Assembly (NCBI GenBank): GCA_964019335.1
Contig: OZ025744.1
Span: forward strand, 186,001-250,000
DNA length: 64,000 nt
Source: Diplonema japonicum
Taxonomy: Eukaryota; Protista; Euglenozoa: Diplonemea
Direction: 5' to 3'
Made by a program: the position numbers and the translations under genes. Positions within the stretch are counted from its first letter, which is position 1. Each line of letters starts with the position of its first letter. Under the pieces are notes generated by a model. That model ran no database searches. It was given only the letters and a program-made list of their open reading frames with translations, and was not told the DNA's origin. Positions 31,499 to 42,483 of this stretch are shown piece after piece.

Positions 31499-33651
31499 TT
31501 AACACGAAACAATTTCGTCGTTGCTATTGTATTGCTTTACAATATCAACAGGCTTCGATCTGAGAACTGGATCAAGAGCAGGGAGGGGGCAAGTATCTCC
31601 TGCAGCCACAGCCACCGCAGTTGCACTCGACTTGAGGTACTCTGGCAACACGTCGTCCGGGGTCATTTCTGCAACAACCGGCTGCTCTGTGGGGAAGCCC
31701 CGTGCAAAGCAATCTTCGTCGCCCTGTGCAGCCTCCTCACACCATTCCGCCAGGTCGTGGCTCAACAGCCTAACGTTGTGGCTCTTGTAAGCAAACTCCA
31801 AAACCGATTTCTCAGGGACGTCAAGGTAAATGCAGAACTGTTGTTGAAAATAAAAAAAAAAAAAAAGAAAAATTAAAAGTTTTTTTTTTTTTTTTTTTTT
31901 TTGCCAAACCTCAGGCAGAAACTCCGCCAGATACGCGTAGAGTCCTTGCAGCACCTCGTGGCCTGCAACGATTAAAACAGGTAACTCAGACTATAATTTT
32001 TTTTTTTTTTTTTTTTTCTTCCCCCCCTTCAAAATACCCCATGAATGTCCAAGATTATCTGTTCCAGCCTCACGTTCATATCATGGTATGATTCGCCCCT
32101 TGGCCACGCGTACGAGTATTCCGATGTCTTCATCTCTCTGTACAGGTCGGGGTACTGCTGTTTGAACCCACTATCTGACATCCCCCTGCAGTCACCCCTG
32201 TCAATATCCCGCATCGAGTCGTAGTGCCGAACGTGGAAGGAAGGCTCGGTGAAGTACCGTATAGTGGACTTCGCTTTTACATCGTTCGCGGCCCAGACTC
32301 GCATTTCGGTTGTTTCAGAAGAAAGACGTGTTGAAAAAAATCGACGCAAGGAAGCTGCGTATCCGGGAGACTCACAAACATCCTCTGTTCGTGCAAGGTA
32401 CAAAGGGCAAACAGTTGTGCGTAGGTTGAATAGAAAGTAAAGAAGCTTAGTAGGGAGGTGCCCGGAGACGTTGTTGATGGTAATATGCCCACCTTGGTGG
32501 GAGTTGATAGTGTTTCGCAGTTGTACCCACGATCTTTCGACGTCCCTGTCGGTACTCAAAGGCTGGTATGCCTTTTCGTACTGCCTTATGCGGGCTTTGA
32601 AATCCTCAATAACATATGAGGCTTCACGGCCTCTATAATCGTCATTGCCTGTTTTCGCTCTGAGAATATTGTTGTGGATGACCTCTTCGTCGGTGCAGAC
32701 AGATTCGATAAAGATGACACGCTCGCTCTCCATTACCTCTGAGAATTGCGCAACGAGCCTTGCTCGTCGATCGATGGTGCTGTTTGTTGCATCGAAGATT
32801 GCTACGGCACCTGGATTGTCTTTGACAAATCGTTGGAGGTCTTCCGACGCTAAGCTTGCTAGCATTTCTCTTTCCGCGGCGGCTCTTGGGTCGTTGGGGT
32901 CGAAATATTTCGAGTCTTGCTCTGAGGCTTCCTTTGTGATCTCCCTTCTATATTTCCCGACGTTGAAAATCTTGCACATTGTTCCTTTCCAGTTCAGCCA
33001 TCTGCATAGTCTTCTAGCGATGTACGTTTTCCCCCGGCCTGGTAGGCCAACCATTACTAAGATAAGCCCCATTGAATCCTTTGTCCAGTTGCAGATGTTT
33101 CTGCCGCCGCCGAATATTGTGGAGTCAGTTATGTCGTGATCGTCAGTCGAATCTTGTGGTGTGCTTTGTTCGTGGTCGCATATATGTGCTTCTTGAATAG
33201 TTGATATTCTTGAGGTTCCGTAGTCTGTGATGTGTTTTGCTTCATCGTCGCCCATGTCGCCCATGAAGCAACGGTGTTTGCTTGCGTGGCATGGGGAGCT
33301 GCTTGATGCTTGTAGGAGTTTTAAAACCTCTTTTTTTTTGAAGACGTGTGCCACTTCGCCTGCGGTTTCCTCCGGGACCCTTCCCGTTGAGTCTACCATG
33401 CTGGCGTCGGCGCCGTTCTCGAGGAGGAGTTTGACGACGTTGGCCTTTCCGAAGGCCACTGCGACGTGTAAAGGAGTCTGTCCCGTGCAGTCTCTCATGT
33501 TGACATTGCATTTCTTTGCAAGGATTGTTTTCATCTCCCCCGCCCTGCCGTCCTCCGCGAGGAGGCACAGGTTCTCCACGTAGCAATCGTCTGTTGTCGC
33601 GCACCTCACTTCTCTTGCCCGTCTGCGGAGCCTTTGCAGAAGCGGGTTCAT
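31499..33651 (-). CDS. Ankyrin-repeat 6-phosphofructo-2-kinase/fructose-2,6-bisphosphatase; three exons, 33651-32038, 31990-31910 and 31837-31499
   Basis: Ankyrin GQTPLHVAV; kinase MVGLPGRGKTY, FNVGKYRR, DATN; phosphatase-like WPRGESY lacking the RHG motif. Two GT..AG introns restore ...IHG-SELPVLIVAGHEVLQGLYAYL...-FCIYLDVP. Confidence 0.9.
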
Positions 33652-33773
33652 TTTTTTTTTTCCCTCCCCCCACCCCGCCGCTCCTCGCGCCCCTCTCTCC
33701 TAGGCTTTTTTTCTTTTTTTTTTCCCCCTCAAATGCAGAAATGAAAAAAATTGGGGGGGGGGAAAGTATAAGA

Positions 33774-35084
33774 TTAAATCAACGGCCCCTTACATCTCGG
33801 AAGCTCGTTATCAACCTTGTCCTCCTTAAACCCCCGGGCTGCAAGGTTCCTTTGGTACCATGCTTCCCAAACAGGCCGGTGGACAGCCTCTTCCTTGCAA
33901 GCACGGGCGTTCCAGTTCGACAGCGAAGTCAAAACGTCAGCGTGCGTCGGAAAAACGAGGGAAAAGGCAGCGGGGAGCGCGGGAAGGGCTGCGGACAGGG
34001 TGGAGAGGAAGGTGGAGGGCGAAACGTTCTCCCAGAGGTGGTACGTGGTGGACAAAACATGGTCAGGGGCATCACGGAGAAGCACCCGCAAAGACGCCTG
34101 GGAGGAGGTAAACTCCTTGAGAAACACGATAAAATCCTTCACTTGCTCTTCCGAAACCTCAAACGGCACAGCAGATCGCATCGTTTCGTTGACGAACGAC
34201 AGGCATCGCGTGATAATCTTCATCAAAGCCGCATAGCACAACGCCATTCCGTCACTCTTCCCCCGCAAGAAGCTCCTCTCCTCGGCACCCTTTTCAATTA
34301 AATACAGGACAAAATCCTCTAGCGTCCGACCAGTCGCCTCGATACCTATGCTTAAATGAAGGGAATTTGCTTGCAGCCCGACTGTGTCGGCCTTGTGAGG
34401 GACGCCTCTGGGTATGAACAACATCTCGCCTTCGTGAACTTCTAAGATGGTAGGTTTGGTGCTGGAAACGTCGAGGTTTTCAGATGGAGTTACATGGTGC
34501 ACATTGGTTAAGGTATCTGGATGGTTTTCCCATAGGTGCCATCGTTTTGAACCTTCTGCTTGAAGAACAAGAACATCCATGGAATCCTGGTGAATTGGGA
34601 CACCTGAGTCGGCATCCATTGGGGTGTAATATAGGCTTATGTCGCATTGTCGGTCGAAGAGGGTTTCGAATTTTCTTGAAATGTTACGCAGAACGGGGTC
34701 TCGCCAATCGCCGTCGTTCATTATTACCGTGGCCTTGTGTATGGTTGCCTGCTCCATCAAGGAGGTGGCTCGGAGTTTTCCGTTGTTGTGCGTTGTTGCC
34801 AGGATGCTGTCCTTGGTGTTGCTGTCCGCCTTGCTGCCGACCTGTATGTCGTCGCCCATGACCAGTCCTTTGCCGCTTTCCTCCCCCCGCATGGTTCCCA
34901 CAGTGTAAGTTTTTTCGATCAGGCTGAGCATCTCGCGTGCGGTGAAGGGTTGTTGCAGAACCCGTACCGTATTCGGTATGGGTCCCGTCCGACCGCCTTT
35001 AAGAAAAGACGGTGACGCCCACGATTGTCCCGTAGAGTCGGAACAGGTCCCCGCCAACGATAGGATATATAGCAACGGTGTCAT
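33774..35084 (-). CDS. JmjC/cupin ribosomal-oxygenase-like (NO66/MINA/YcfD family) protein with a hydrophobic N-terminus
   Basis: PIHQDSMDVLVLQAEGSKRWHLW (HxD) and GEMLFIPRGVPHKA. Confidence 0.82.
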   Translation of the reverse strand: MTPLLYILSLAGTCSDSTGQSWASPSFLKGGRTGPIPNTVRVLQQPFTAREMLSLIEKTYTVGTMRGEESGKGLVMGDDIQVGSKADSNTKDSILATTHNNGKLRATSLMEQATIHKATVIMNDGDWRDPVLRNISRKFETLFDRQCDISLYYTPMDADSGVPIHQDSMDVLVLQAEGSKRWHLWENHPDTLTNVHHVTPSENLDVSSTKPTILEVHEGEMLFIPRGVPHKADTVGLQANSLHLSIGIEATGRTLEDFVLYLIEKGAEERSFLRGKSDGMALCYAALMKIITRCLSFVNETMRSAVPFEVSEEQVKDFIVFLKEFTSSQASLRVLLRDAPDHVLSTTYHLWENVSPSTFLSTLSAALPALPAAFSLVFPTHADVLTSLSNWNARACKEEAVHRPVWEAWYQRNLAARGFKEDKVDNELPRCKGPLI

Positions 35085-35163
35085 TTTTTTTTTTTTTTTT
35101 TTAACCCCCTAATTTTTTTTTTTTTTTTTTGAAAATTTTTTTCAAAAAAAAAAAAAAAAAAAA

Positions 35164-35622
35164 TCATAAAAATTTCGGAATCAAAGCCTCCGGGTCGGTG
35201 GTTCCGTAGGCGGTTCCCTCCTTGTTCACGACGAATTTCCCGCGGAAGTTCCATCGTGTGTCCACAGGTGTCGCTGCGTTCTCCGCAAGCCAGCGGTATG
35301 TTGGCCGGGCCTTCTTCCCTTTTACGTCCGCCTTGCTCATCAGCACCATGCTCGCCGGACCGTGCTCCATCGCGTGTTTTATGATATCTTCGTTCTCGGA
35401 GCACTCCTGGTTTGCAAACTGCCCTGAGGGGTACCCTATGATGGCGAGGTCGTTCCTTCCTTTGTAAGCTTCGCCGAGCTCCTTTAACCGCCTGTACTCA
35501 GCAGGAGAGAACGAACACCTGCTTGCCACGTTCAGCCCGTACACCACTTTGTCACGAAACACGGAGTACGGTAAATCGTTTCCATGGATGTCTTTTTCAA
35601 CAATATCGTAAAAGCTGGCCAT
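35164..35622 (-). CDS. Glutathione peroxidase-like protein (Cys type)
   Basis: LNVASRC, GYPSGQFANQE, RWNF motifs. Confidence 0.88.
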   Translation of the reverse strand: MASFYDIVEKDIHGNDLPYSVFRDKVVYGLNVASRCSFSPAEYRRLKELGEAYKGRNDLAIIGYPSGQFANQECSENEDIIKHAMEHGPASMVLMSKADVKGKKARPTYRWLAENAATPVDTRWNFRGKFVVNKEGTAYGTTDPEALIPKFL

Positions 35623-35773
35623 TTCTCTCCCCCCCCCTTTTTTTTCCCCTTCTCTCTTCCAATAAAAAAAAATTGGAATATTAAAAAAAAACTACTCGTT
35701 CCCCCCCCTGGAAAAAAGAGGGAATAACTTTTTTTTTTTTCTTTTTTCTTTTTTTTTTTTTTTTTAAATATAT

Positions 35774-36514
35774 TCATTCTGTTCCACCGGAATCCGGTGT
35801 CACGAGAGGTGGTTTTTGGTTCTCAACAAGACGGTCCTCCCCGAACACACCGTCGTAAGCGATAGTTTTGTTCTGCTGCCCGCAAAATGTAATCTTAATC
35901 TCCTGCTTCGGCGTGCAGGTACGATCCGTGGGGACCTGCTCCATCCTGTCGATCACCGCCAGCCCATCAGTCACCTTACCAAACACAACATGGTTGTAAT
36001 CAAGGTGGGGACACTTCACAGTTGTAATACAAAATCTAGACGTGTTTCTGTTCGGCCCCTGAGACACCGTCGATAAAAGCCCTGGGGCGTTGTGTCTGAG
36101 CTTAAACGATTCGTCCCGAAATGGAGCATTGAAGACAGACGCACCACCCGTTCCTACTGTGTCGGTTATATCCCCACCTATAACGTATCCCCCGCCTTTT
36201 TTGCTCGACGGGTGGACTCTGTAAAAACAAGAGTCGATAAGGTCCAGCCGGTGGCCTTCTTCCGATGTCCCGTACTCCCCTGTGCACAGACCTCTGAAGT
36301 TCTCCGCCGTCATAGGTACTGTGTCTGAATACAGCTCGATGTACAATCGACCCACGGGCATTCCTCCTATAGACACATCCATGTAGCATTTCGGGTTGGC
36401 GATCTCCGACCCCGTACTTTTCTGCGATCTCGCGTAGTTTTGTTGTTCCCGGATACGACGTTCTGCGATATCCGCCCATCTTTTTTCTTCCTCTGTTGTA
36501 GCGTCGTTAATCAT
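35774..36514 (-). CDS. Cyclophilin-type peptidyl-prolyl isomerase
   Basis: NPKCYMDVSIGG...VPMTAENFRGLCTGE...HLDYNHVVFGKV. Confidence 0.92.
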   Translation of the reverse strand: MINDATTEEEKRWADIAERRIREQQNYARSQKSTGSEIANPKCYMDVSIGGMPVGRLYIELYSDTVPMTAENFRGLCTGEYGTSEEGHRLDLIDSCFYRVHPSSKKGGGYVIGGDITDTVGTGGASVFNAPFRDESFKLRHNAPGLLSTVSQGPNRNTSRFCITTVKCPHLDYNHVVFGKVTDGLAVIDRMEQVPTDRTCTPKQEIKITFCGQQNKTIAYDGVFGEDRLVENQKPPLVTPDSGGTE

Positions 36515-36593
36515 TTTTTTTTTTTCTTCTTCCCCACTTCAATTGATACCAATTACACGAGGGGGAGAAGGGGGAGGGGGGAGGGGGATATCA

Positions 36594-37685
36594 TCAAAAA
36601 CCCCCCAACGCTTTCTCAACAGCCCGCACGGATTTTCTGTTCCTCCCTTCTCTTTTATAAAAATTGAGGTGGCGCAGAACCGCGTTGCTTGCCCGCGCTC
36701 TCCTCGACGGTGTTAACGACACCGGTGATCTGTTCACAGCCCGCACGGTAAACGTAAAGAATATCAAATCTTGAAGTGAAGGACGCCTCGATGTCGATTC
36801 AAAAGTGCGTATTATTGAGTTTAACACATCGGCAACGGGCTGAGGAGGAAGTGCGATGCACCGCACAACGGCCCAAGCGAGTATGGGTGTTCTCGTCACA
36901 CGGAGCGCGGACAGAAGAATTTGTTGTGTCGAAGGGGACACCTTTGCAGGAAGCGTGTACCCCATCGCTGCGAGCAGTTCGAGGAACGTTGAAACCTGTC
37001 CGTGACGCCCGCGTGCTTTTTCCACGAACACCTTCCACAAATCGGGACCTTTGCTGTTGTACCGCAGCAGGGAGTAACTGCTAACCGTGAGATATAAATC
37101 GTGCACACCGAAAGATGCCACGTTAACGGGGAGAGCCTTCTTGTAGAATTCTCTGCTCGCCACCTCATACCGTGAAACAGCGAACGACCAGATTAACTGG
37201 TTCAACAGTTTTGAATCTGGAAGAGATTTGACAGCAAGCTTCTCTGCTGCCGTGAAAAGCTCGGTGACCAAAACGCGTGCGGATGCGCACCATTGCACCA
37301 TGAGGTACAGAGTTTTTATGTTTTTCAAGGAAAGGTCTATCATGTAGAGGCCGAGCAGAGCCGTTTCATACTGGCGGGGTCCACCGGCGTGTCGTAGCGT
37401 GAGTGCGAGGTCGGCTGTGTCCTCTGATGTTTTCAACTCTGTGTAGCGGTGCGTGCATGTTTCTCTTACCACGCCGTGCAGGTGCTCCCCCAAAGGAAGC
37501 CTTAGCTTTCTCAGCCCCTTTGCAAAACCCACGATTTCTTCAACAGGCAGTTTTTTGTGTTCTTCAACAATCCTGTCACCGGCCCGTCGGAGCCACTCCT
37601 TCGTCTCTCTTGGCAAGTTGCCTTTGCTGCCGTACGTTTTAAACACCTCATATGCTTGTGAGGCCATTGGGGTCTTAAGCCGCAT
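36594..37685 (-). CDS. Hypothetical alpha-helical protein, possibly a helical-repeat organellar RNA-binding protein
   Basis: 363-aa ORF on the gene strand; segments like LNQLIWSFA and DLYLTVSSYSLL. Family not recognisable. Confidence 0.65.
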   Translation of the reverse strand: MRLKTPMASQAYEVFKTYGSKGNLPRETKEWLRRAGDRIVEEHKKLPVEEIVGFAKGLRKLRLPLGEHLHGVVRETCTHRYTELKTSEDTADLALTLRHAGGPRQYETALLGLYMIDLSLKNIKTLYLMVQWCASARVLVTELFTAAEKLAVKSLPDSKLLNQLIWSFAVSRYEVASREFYKKALPVNVASFGVHDLYLTVSSYSLLRYNSKGPDLWKVFVEKARGRHGQVSTFLELLAAMGYTLPAKVSPSTQQILLSALRVTRTPILAWAVVRCIALPPQPVADVLNSIIRTFESTSRRPSLQDLIFFTFTVRAVNRSPVSLTPSRRARASNAVLRHLNFYKREGRNRKSVRAVEKALGGF

Positions 37686-37751
37686 TTTCTTTTTGGCGGG
37701 CCCCTCCCCCTTTCCTGGGAAGAATCGTGTTTTAGAAAAAAAAAAAAGTGG

Positions 37752-37790
<39 letters not shown>

Positions 37791-38543
37791 ACAAAGCGGG
37801 GATGGGGGAATAGGGTACCAATAAGAGGACTTAAGGGGTTTTCAAGGAAAAGCGAGTATGCAGGGGGGGGAAGGGGGGGGGGGGGGGGGGGAGCGGAAAA
37901 AAAAAAAGAAAAAAAATGAAGCTGCAAGCATATGCCTACAGGCTAAAAGGGCGTGACAAAACGCTTTTGTTTTGCGGGGGGGGGGGGGGGGAATGCACCC
38001 TCCCTCGCCCTTTTTTTTTCTCGCAAAAAAACGGATTACTGGATTTGTATTTATAATGTCATGTAAAACGTCCCAAACTGGGCAAAAAATTCGAAAAAAA
38101 AAAAAAAAAAAAAAAGTACATAATATTAACAGACCACCATTAATAACAGAACATAACATTTACAAAAATAAAAAAAAATCCCGGTCCGTGGCTTTAAATG
38201 CCAGGGTATGGCCTCGAGAGACCCGTTTCGCACCGCGAGGCGGAGTAAAGCACAAGGCTGCAATGGGTGCGTACCGGTAACAGGCAGTCTTCCTCTAAGA
38301 AGGGGGCACGTTTCCTCTGAAAAAGAAACGCGTTTCCTTAAGTATCTGAAAAATAACGGAAATGTTTCCCCGTTAGCATAGGGGGGGGGGGGGGGGGGTC
38401 AGGCCCAAAATAAAGTAAAAATAATTTTTTGTACTGTTCTGTATAAAGTCACGTCGGGTCAAAATCCGAAAAAGGTACGCAGAAGTACGCAGTGCAATAA
38501 ATTTACAGCACATTACAAAATAAATACAAATCCGGTAACTAAA

Positions 38544-38576
<33 letters not shown>

Positions 38577-38734
38577 AAAAAAAAAGAGTCGGCTGATTGT
38601 TTGTGCAAGCCGTTTTCACCTACAGTAGGGATAAACGGACAAGCTGCCTCTACTCTTTTTTGCAATAACAATTCTTTTCAAAAATTTGTTTACTTGTTCC
38701 AGCAAAAAAAAAATGGCGCCCTGCACAAGTATCG

Positions 38735-39010
38735 CCTACTTGATTACAGGGGGCGCGCCTCGGCCTGGCTGTAGCTTCTTCTGCGTTCCGCATCGTGTCC
38801 TTAATGCGTGCGGTGTGCAACTCAACCCCAGCCATGGCGCCCCTGGTAACCAAGATTCTGAGTCCGTGCAGTTTGCTGCCTGCGCGTCACCCTGAGCATC
38901 TGCAATACGTTCTTCCACTCGGGCGCTACCGGTGATGACCGACGTGGAGGTCAATAGCGAAACACATCTGATGTACTTCTTTATATTTCCATATTTCTGT
39001 GTTATCCCCA
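38735..39010. repeat. ~280-300-bp dispersed GC-rich repeat, diverged copy
   Basis: CTACTTGATTACAGGGGGCGC...CACATCTGATGTACTTC, also at ~39855-40180, ~41378-41700 and a partial copy at 45088-45320. Confidence 0.85.
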
Positions 39011-39854
39011 CCACAAAAAAGAAGAAAAAAAAAAACGCGCCCCCCTTCCCCTCCAATAAAATCGCCTGTCTACCGGCAGAAAAAGCTCCCCTTTTTTACA
39101 AAGAGTGGATCGAAGAAGGTCTCTTTTTCTTCTTCTTCTTCTTCTCCTCAAGTGTCATCCCAAGAACCTTAGATGTTACAATATTCAGTTAGTTCTTTTT
39201 ATAACAAAAAAAATGTGGTAACTTGGCCCACCACGGTGGTGGGAAAAAAAAAAAAAAAAGAAGAAGAAAAAATCGTGTGGAAGTAAATCCTATCAAATAC
39301 AAGCTTATTATCATTTTTTTTTTTTTTTTTGGTGCTCCTCGTTCTCCTTGCCATCCACGTGCCCTGTGGCTGTGATGGGGAAAGGAAAGGGAAAGGAAAA
39401 GGAAAATTTTTCGGGGTGCTCACTGCCTAAGATTAGAAATAGACGTAGAAAAAATAGGGGAGGGGGGAGGGGGGAATATAGAATGCCACCTGACAACTTC
39501 CTTGCAGGTGTATCGAAACTGCAAGCAGAAGTATGTCCCGTCGGGAAGGAAATGCCCCAACACACCATATCAATTTTCCACCCCCTCTTTTTCTTCTTTT
39601 TTTTTTTGCATCATAAGAAACAAGAAACATGCAGCACAGAGCCACAACCGGAAGTAAACCCCACAAAAAAAAGGGGGGGGTGATATAAACAAAAAGAAGG
39701 AAACACATCCTTGCATTCACTTAGCCGCCCTGCGGCTGTGATGGGGAAAGGGAAAGGGACGGATAAAAAAAAAAAAAAAAGAAGAAGAAGGATGACTTTG
39801 GTTGCTTCATAAACCGAGCAACCGCGAAACAAAAAAAAAAAAAAAAAAAAATGG

Positions 39855-40180
39855 GGCTTTGATTGCAACACTAGGTGGCGTTAAGCGTGCAACGAAGCAC
39901 GAACTACCTACTTGATTACAGGGGGCGCTCCTCGGCCGAGCAGTAGCTTCTTCTGCGTTCCGCATGTGTCCTTAATGCGTGCGGTGTGCTCAACCCTAGC
40001 CGGGGTGTCCCGGGTAACCAAGATTCTGCGCTCGTGCAGTTTGCTGCCTGTTCGTCACCCTGAGCATCTGCGTTACGTTCTTCCACTCGGGCGCTACCGG
40101 TGATGACCGACGAGGAGGTCAACAGCGAACAACACATCTGATGTACTTCTTTATGTTTCCATATTTCTGTGTTATCCCCA
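39855..40180. repeat. Same dispersed repeat, copy 2
   Basis: Near-identical to 41378-41700. Confidence 0.88.
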
Positions 40181-40606
40181 CCACCCCCCCCCCCAAAAAA
40201 AACTAGTGTGGAAAAAAAAAAAAAAAAAAAAGCCACTTAGGGCAGCTTTTTTGCGGGGTGAGAAATTGTTGGGGATAAGTTTTTATCAGTAAAATCATAA
40301 TCAGAAGTATGCCCTATCTGCCTCTGTTGCTTTTTTTTTCTTTTTTTTTTTCCTTTTTTTTCTCCCTTCTTTTTCTTTTGCGCTATCTTGAAGGGTTTCC
40401 GTATCCGTTTCCTTATTTTCAAAAAAAAATATAAAAAAGCTCTGGAAACGCGTTTCCTTGCCAACATAGCCCCCCCCCCCCCCCCCCCCCCACCCTTTCT
40501 CCTTCCGGAAGAAGGGCAAAATAGTGCATATACCGATATCCTCTAGATTGTTGCTGAAGTGTTGCTTTAGTGTTCCCCCCCCCCCCCCCCTTTCTAAAGT
40601 AAATAT

Positions 40607-40802
40607 CAGTATCCAGGGTTAATCGATCACCTTCGGGGTTTTTGAAACCCGACCCGAGCAATTTTAGATTTCAGGCGAAGATTCTCTTCAGAGATACGCT
40701 ACAAGATACAGCTCTTGGAGAAGAGCAGGGCTCCAGCTGGTGGTGTATGCTAAACGGAAGAAATTATCATTTATTGACTTTTTTTTTTGATTTTCGCTCC
40801 CC

Positions 40803-40838
<36 letters not shown>

Positions 40839-40887
40839 GATTGTAATATTAGAAACCCGTGGGTGATCGGTTAAACCCTGGATACTA
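40607..40887. mobile_element. Internally deleted TIR element (MITE) of the same family as 51991-53620
   Basis: TIRs (C/T)AGTATCCAGGGTT(T)AA.CGATCACC at both ends; subterminal sequences match the longer element in opposite orientation. Confidence 0.8.
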
Positions 40888-41377
40888 AAGTGTAAATAAG
40901 AGGGAGAAAAAAAAAATCGATCCTTTAACGTCAAGGCGACAAGTCGAACAGCGCTCCAAGTGTACTATAAATAAAGTACAAGGGGTGGGGGTGTATGTGG
41001 TCAAACGATAAATTGGAGTGAGTTCTAGACATGGTGATCCATGTTACCCCCGTTTTGAAAGGTTTGTTTGTTGCCTTATTCTTGTCTCTCCACCGAGCAC
41101 CGTCACCCTGGCACAGACAATGACTCGCTTAAGGGGAGGTGTCGTTACGCACCTAGACACGGCCAAAGGTCTTGCTGCCCCTTGGAAGAAACAATTCTAT
41201 ATGACTGACGGGTTTGCGAGCAGAAAAAAAAAAAAAAAAAAAAAGAGTCAGTTGATTGTGCACAGCCGTAAAAAAGAATAACAATAACAAAAAAAAAAAA
41301 AAAAAAGCTGCGAATTTCTTTTTTTTTTTTTTTCGCTTGGCACAAGTTGCATATAGTTACAATAAAAAAGAAAAAGG

Positions 41378-41700
41378 GGGCTTTGATTGCAACACTAGGT
41401 GGCGTTAAGCGTGCAACGAAGCACGAACTACCTACTTGATTACAGGGGGCGCTCCTCGGCCGAGCAGTAGCTTCTTCTGCGTTCCGCATCGTGTCCTTAA
41501 TGCGTGCGGTGTGCTCAACCCTAGCCGGGGCGTCCCGGGTAACCAAGATTCTGCGCTCGTGCAGTTTGCTGCCTGTTCGTCACCCTGAGCATCTGCGTTA
41601 CGTTCTTCCACTCGGGCGCTACCGGTGATGACCGACGAGGAGGTCAACAGCGAACAACACATCTGATGTACTTCTTATATTTCCATGTTATCCCCACCAC
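41378..41700. repeat. Same dispersed repeat, copy 3
   Basis: Near-identical to 39855-40180; hosts the breakpoint of the 3.6-kb duplication. Confidence 0.88.
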
Positions 41701-42483
41701 CCTTTAAAAAAAAAAAAAAAAAATATGAGTTAAAGGAAGTCTTTGTGAGACGCCCCCCTTTTTGTAACCCCGAAAAAAAAAAAAAAAAAACAATTAATTC
41801 TGGAAAGAAGCCCCCCCCCCCCCCCCCCCCCCCCCCCGGAACCGGAAGTTTTTTACTTCCCGAATCATGGTTTATTTTCTCTTTTTTTTTGTAAGGGGGT
41901 TTTGTGATGCAAGGCCAGAATAGGCAAGTAGCTACTGCCGACATCCAGCATATCAGACCGGAAAAAGCCAGTATGCCAGAAAACCTGATTGTCCCGTCGT
42001 CCCTGTGTCTGCTTGTCAGAACGAAGCCGTGCTGCTCGACGGCTACAACGTCAATGTACCCCTCTGCTTTGTAGATACATATTTTTTTTTCCCCCTTTTT
42101 TTTTTTTTTTTTTTTTTTAAAGCTACTTCAGGGGGACAGCTAGGGCAGGGTGGGCCCCAAACGGTGCTTGAAAAAGAAACGTCTGGAAGCTCCGGCGGTC
42201 CAGAAGTTTTTTTTTTTTTTTTTTTACTTCTTGTAATTTGTTTTGTAAGAAATTATTCTTTTTTAAGGTATACGCTTTTTTTTTTTTTTTTTTTTTTTTT
42301 TTGCGCTCACCGGCCGTAAAAAAAAAAAGAAAAAAAAAAAAAAATACAAGGAAGATCATCCGCTTCCGAGCATTCTTCTTCCTTCCGGTGATTTTCGTAT
42401 TACAGTAATAATAAAAATCACTAGTCCGCTCCCTGTGCGGTGTGGCCCACTGCAGCGAAACACAGGTTCCATAGCCTCCGTAT

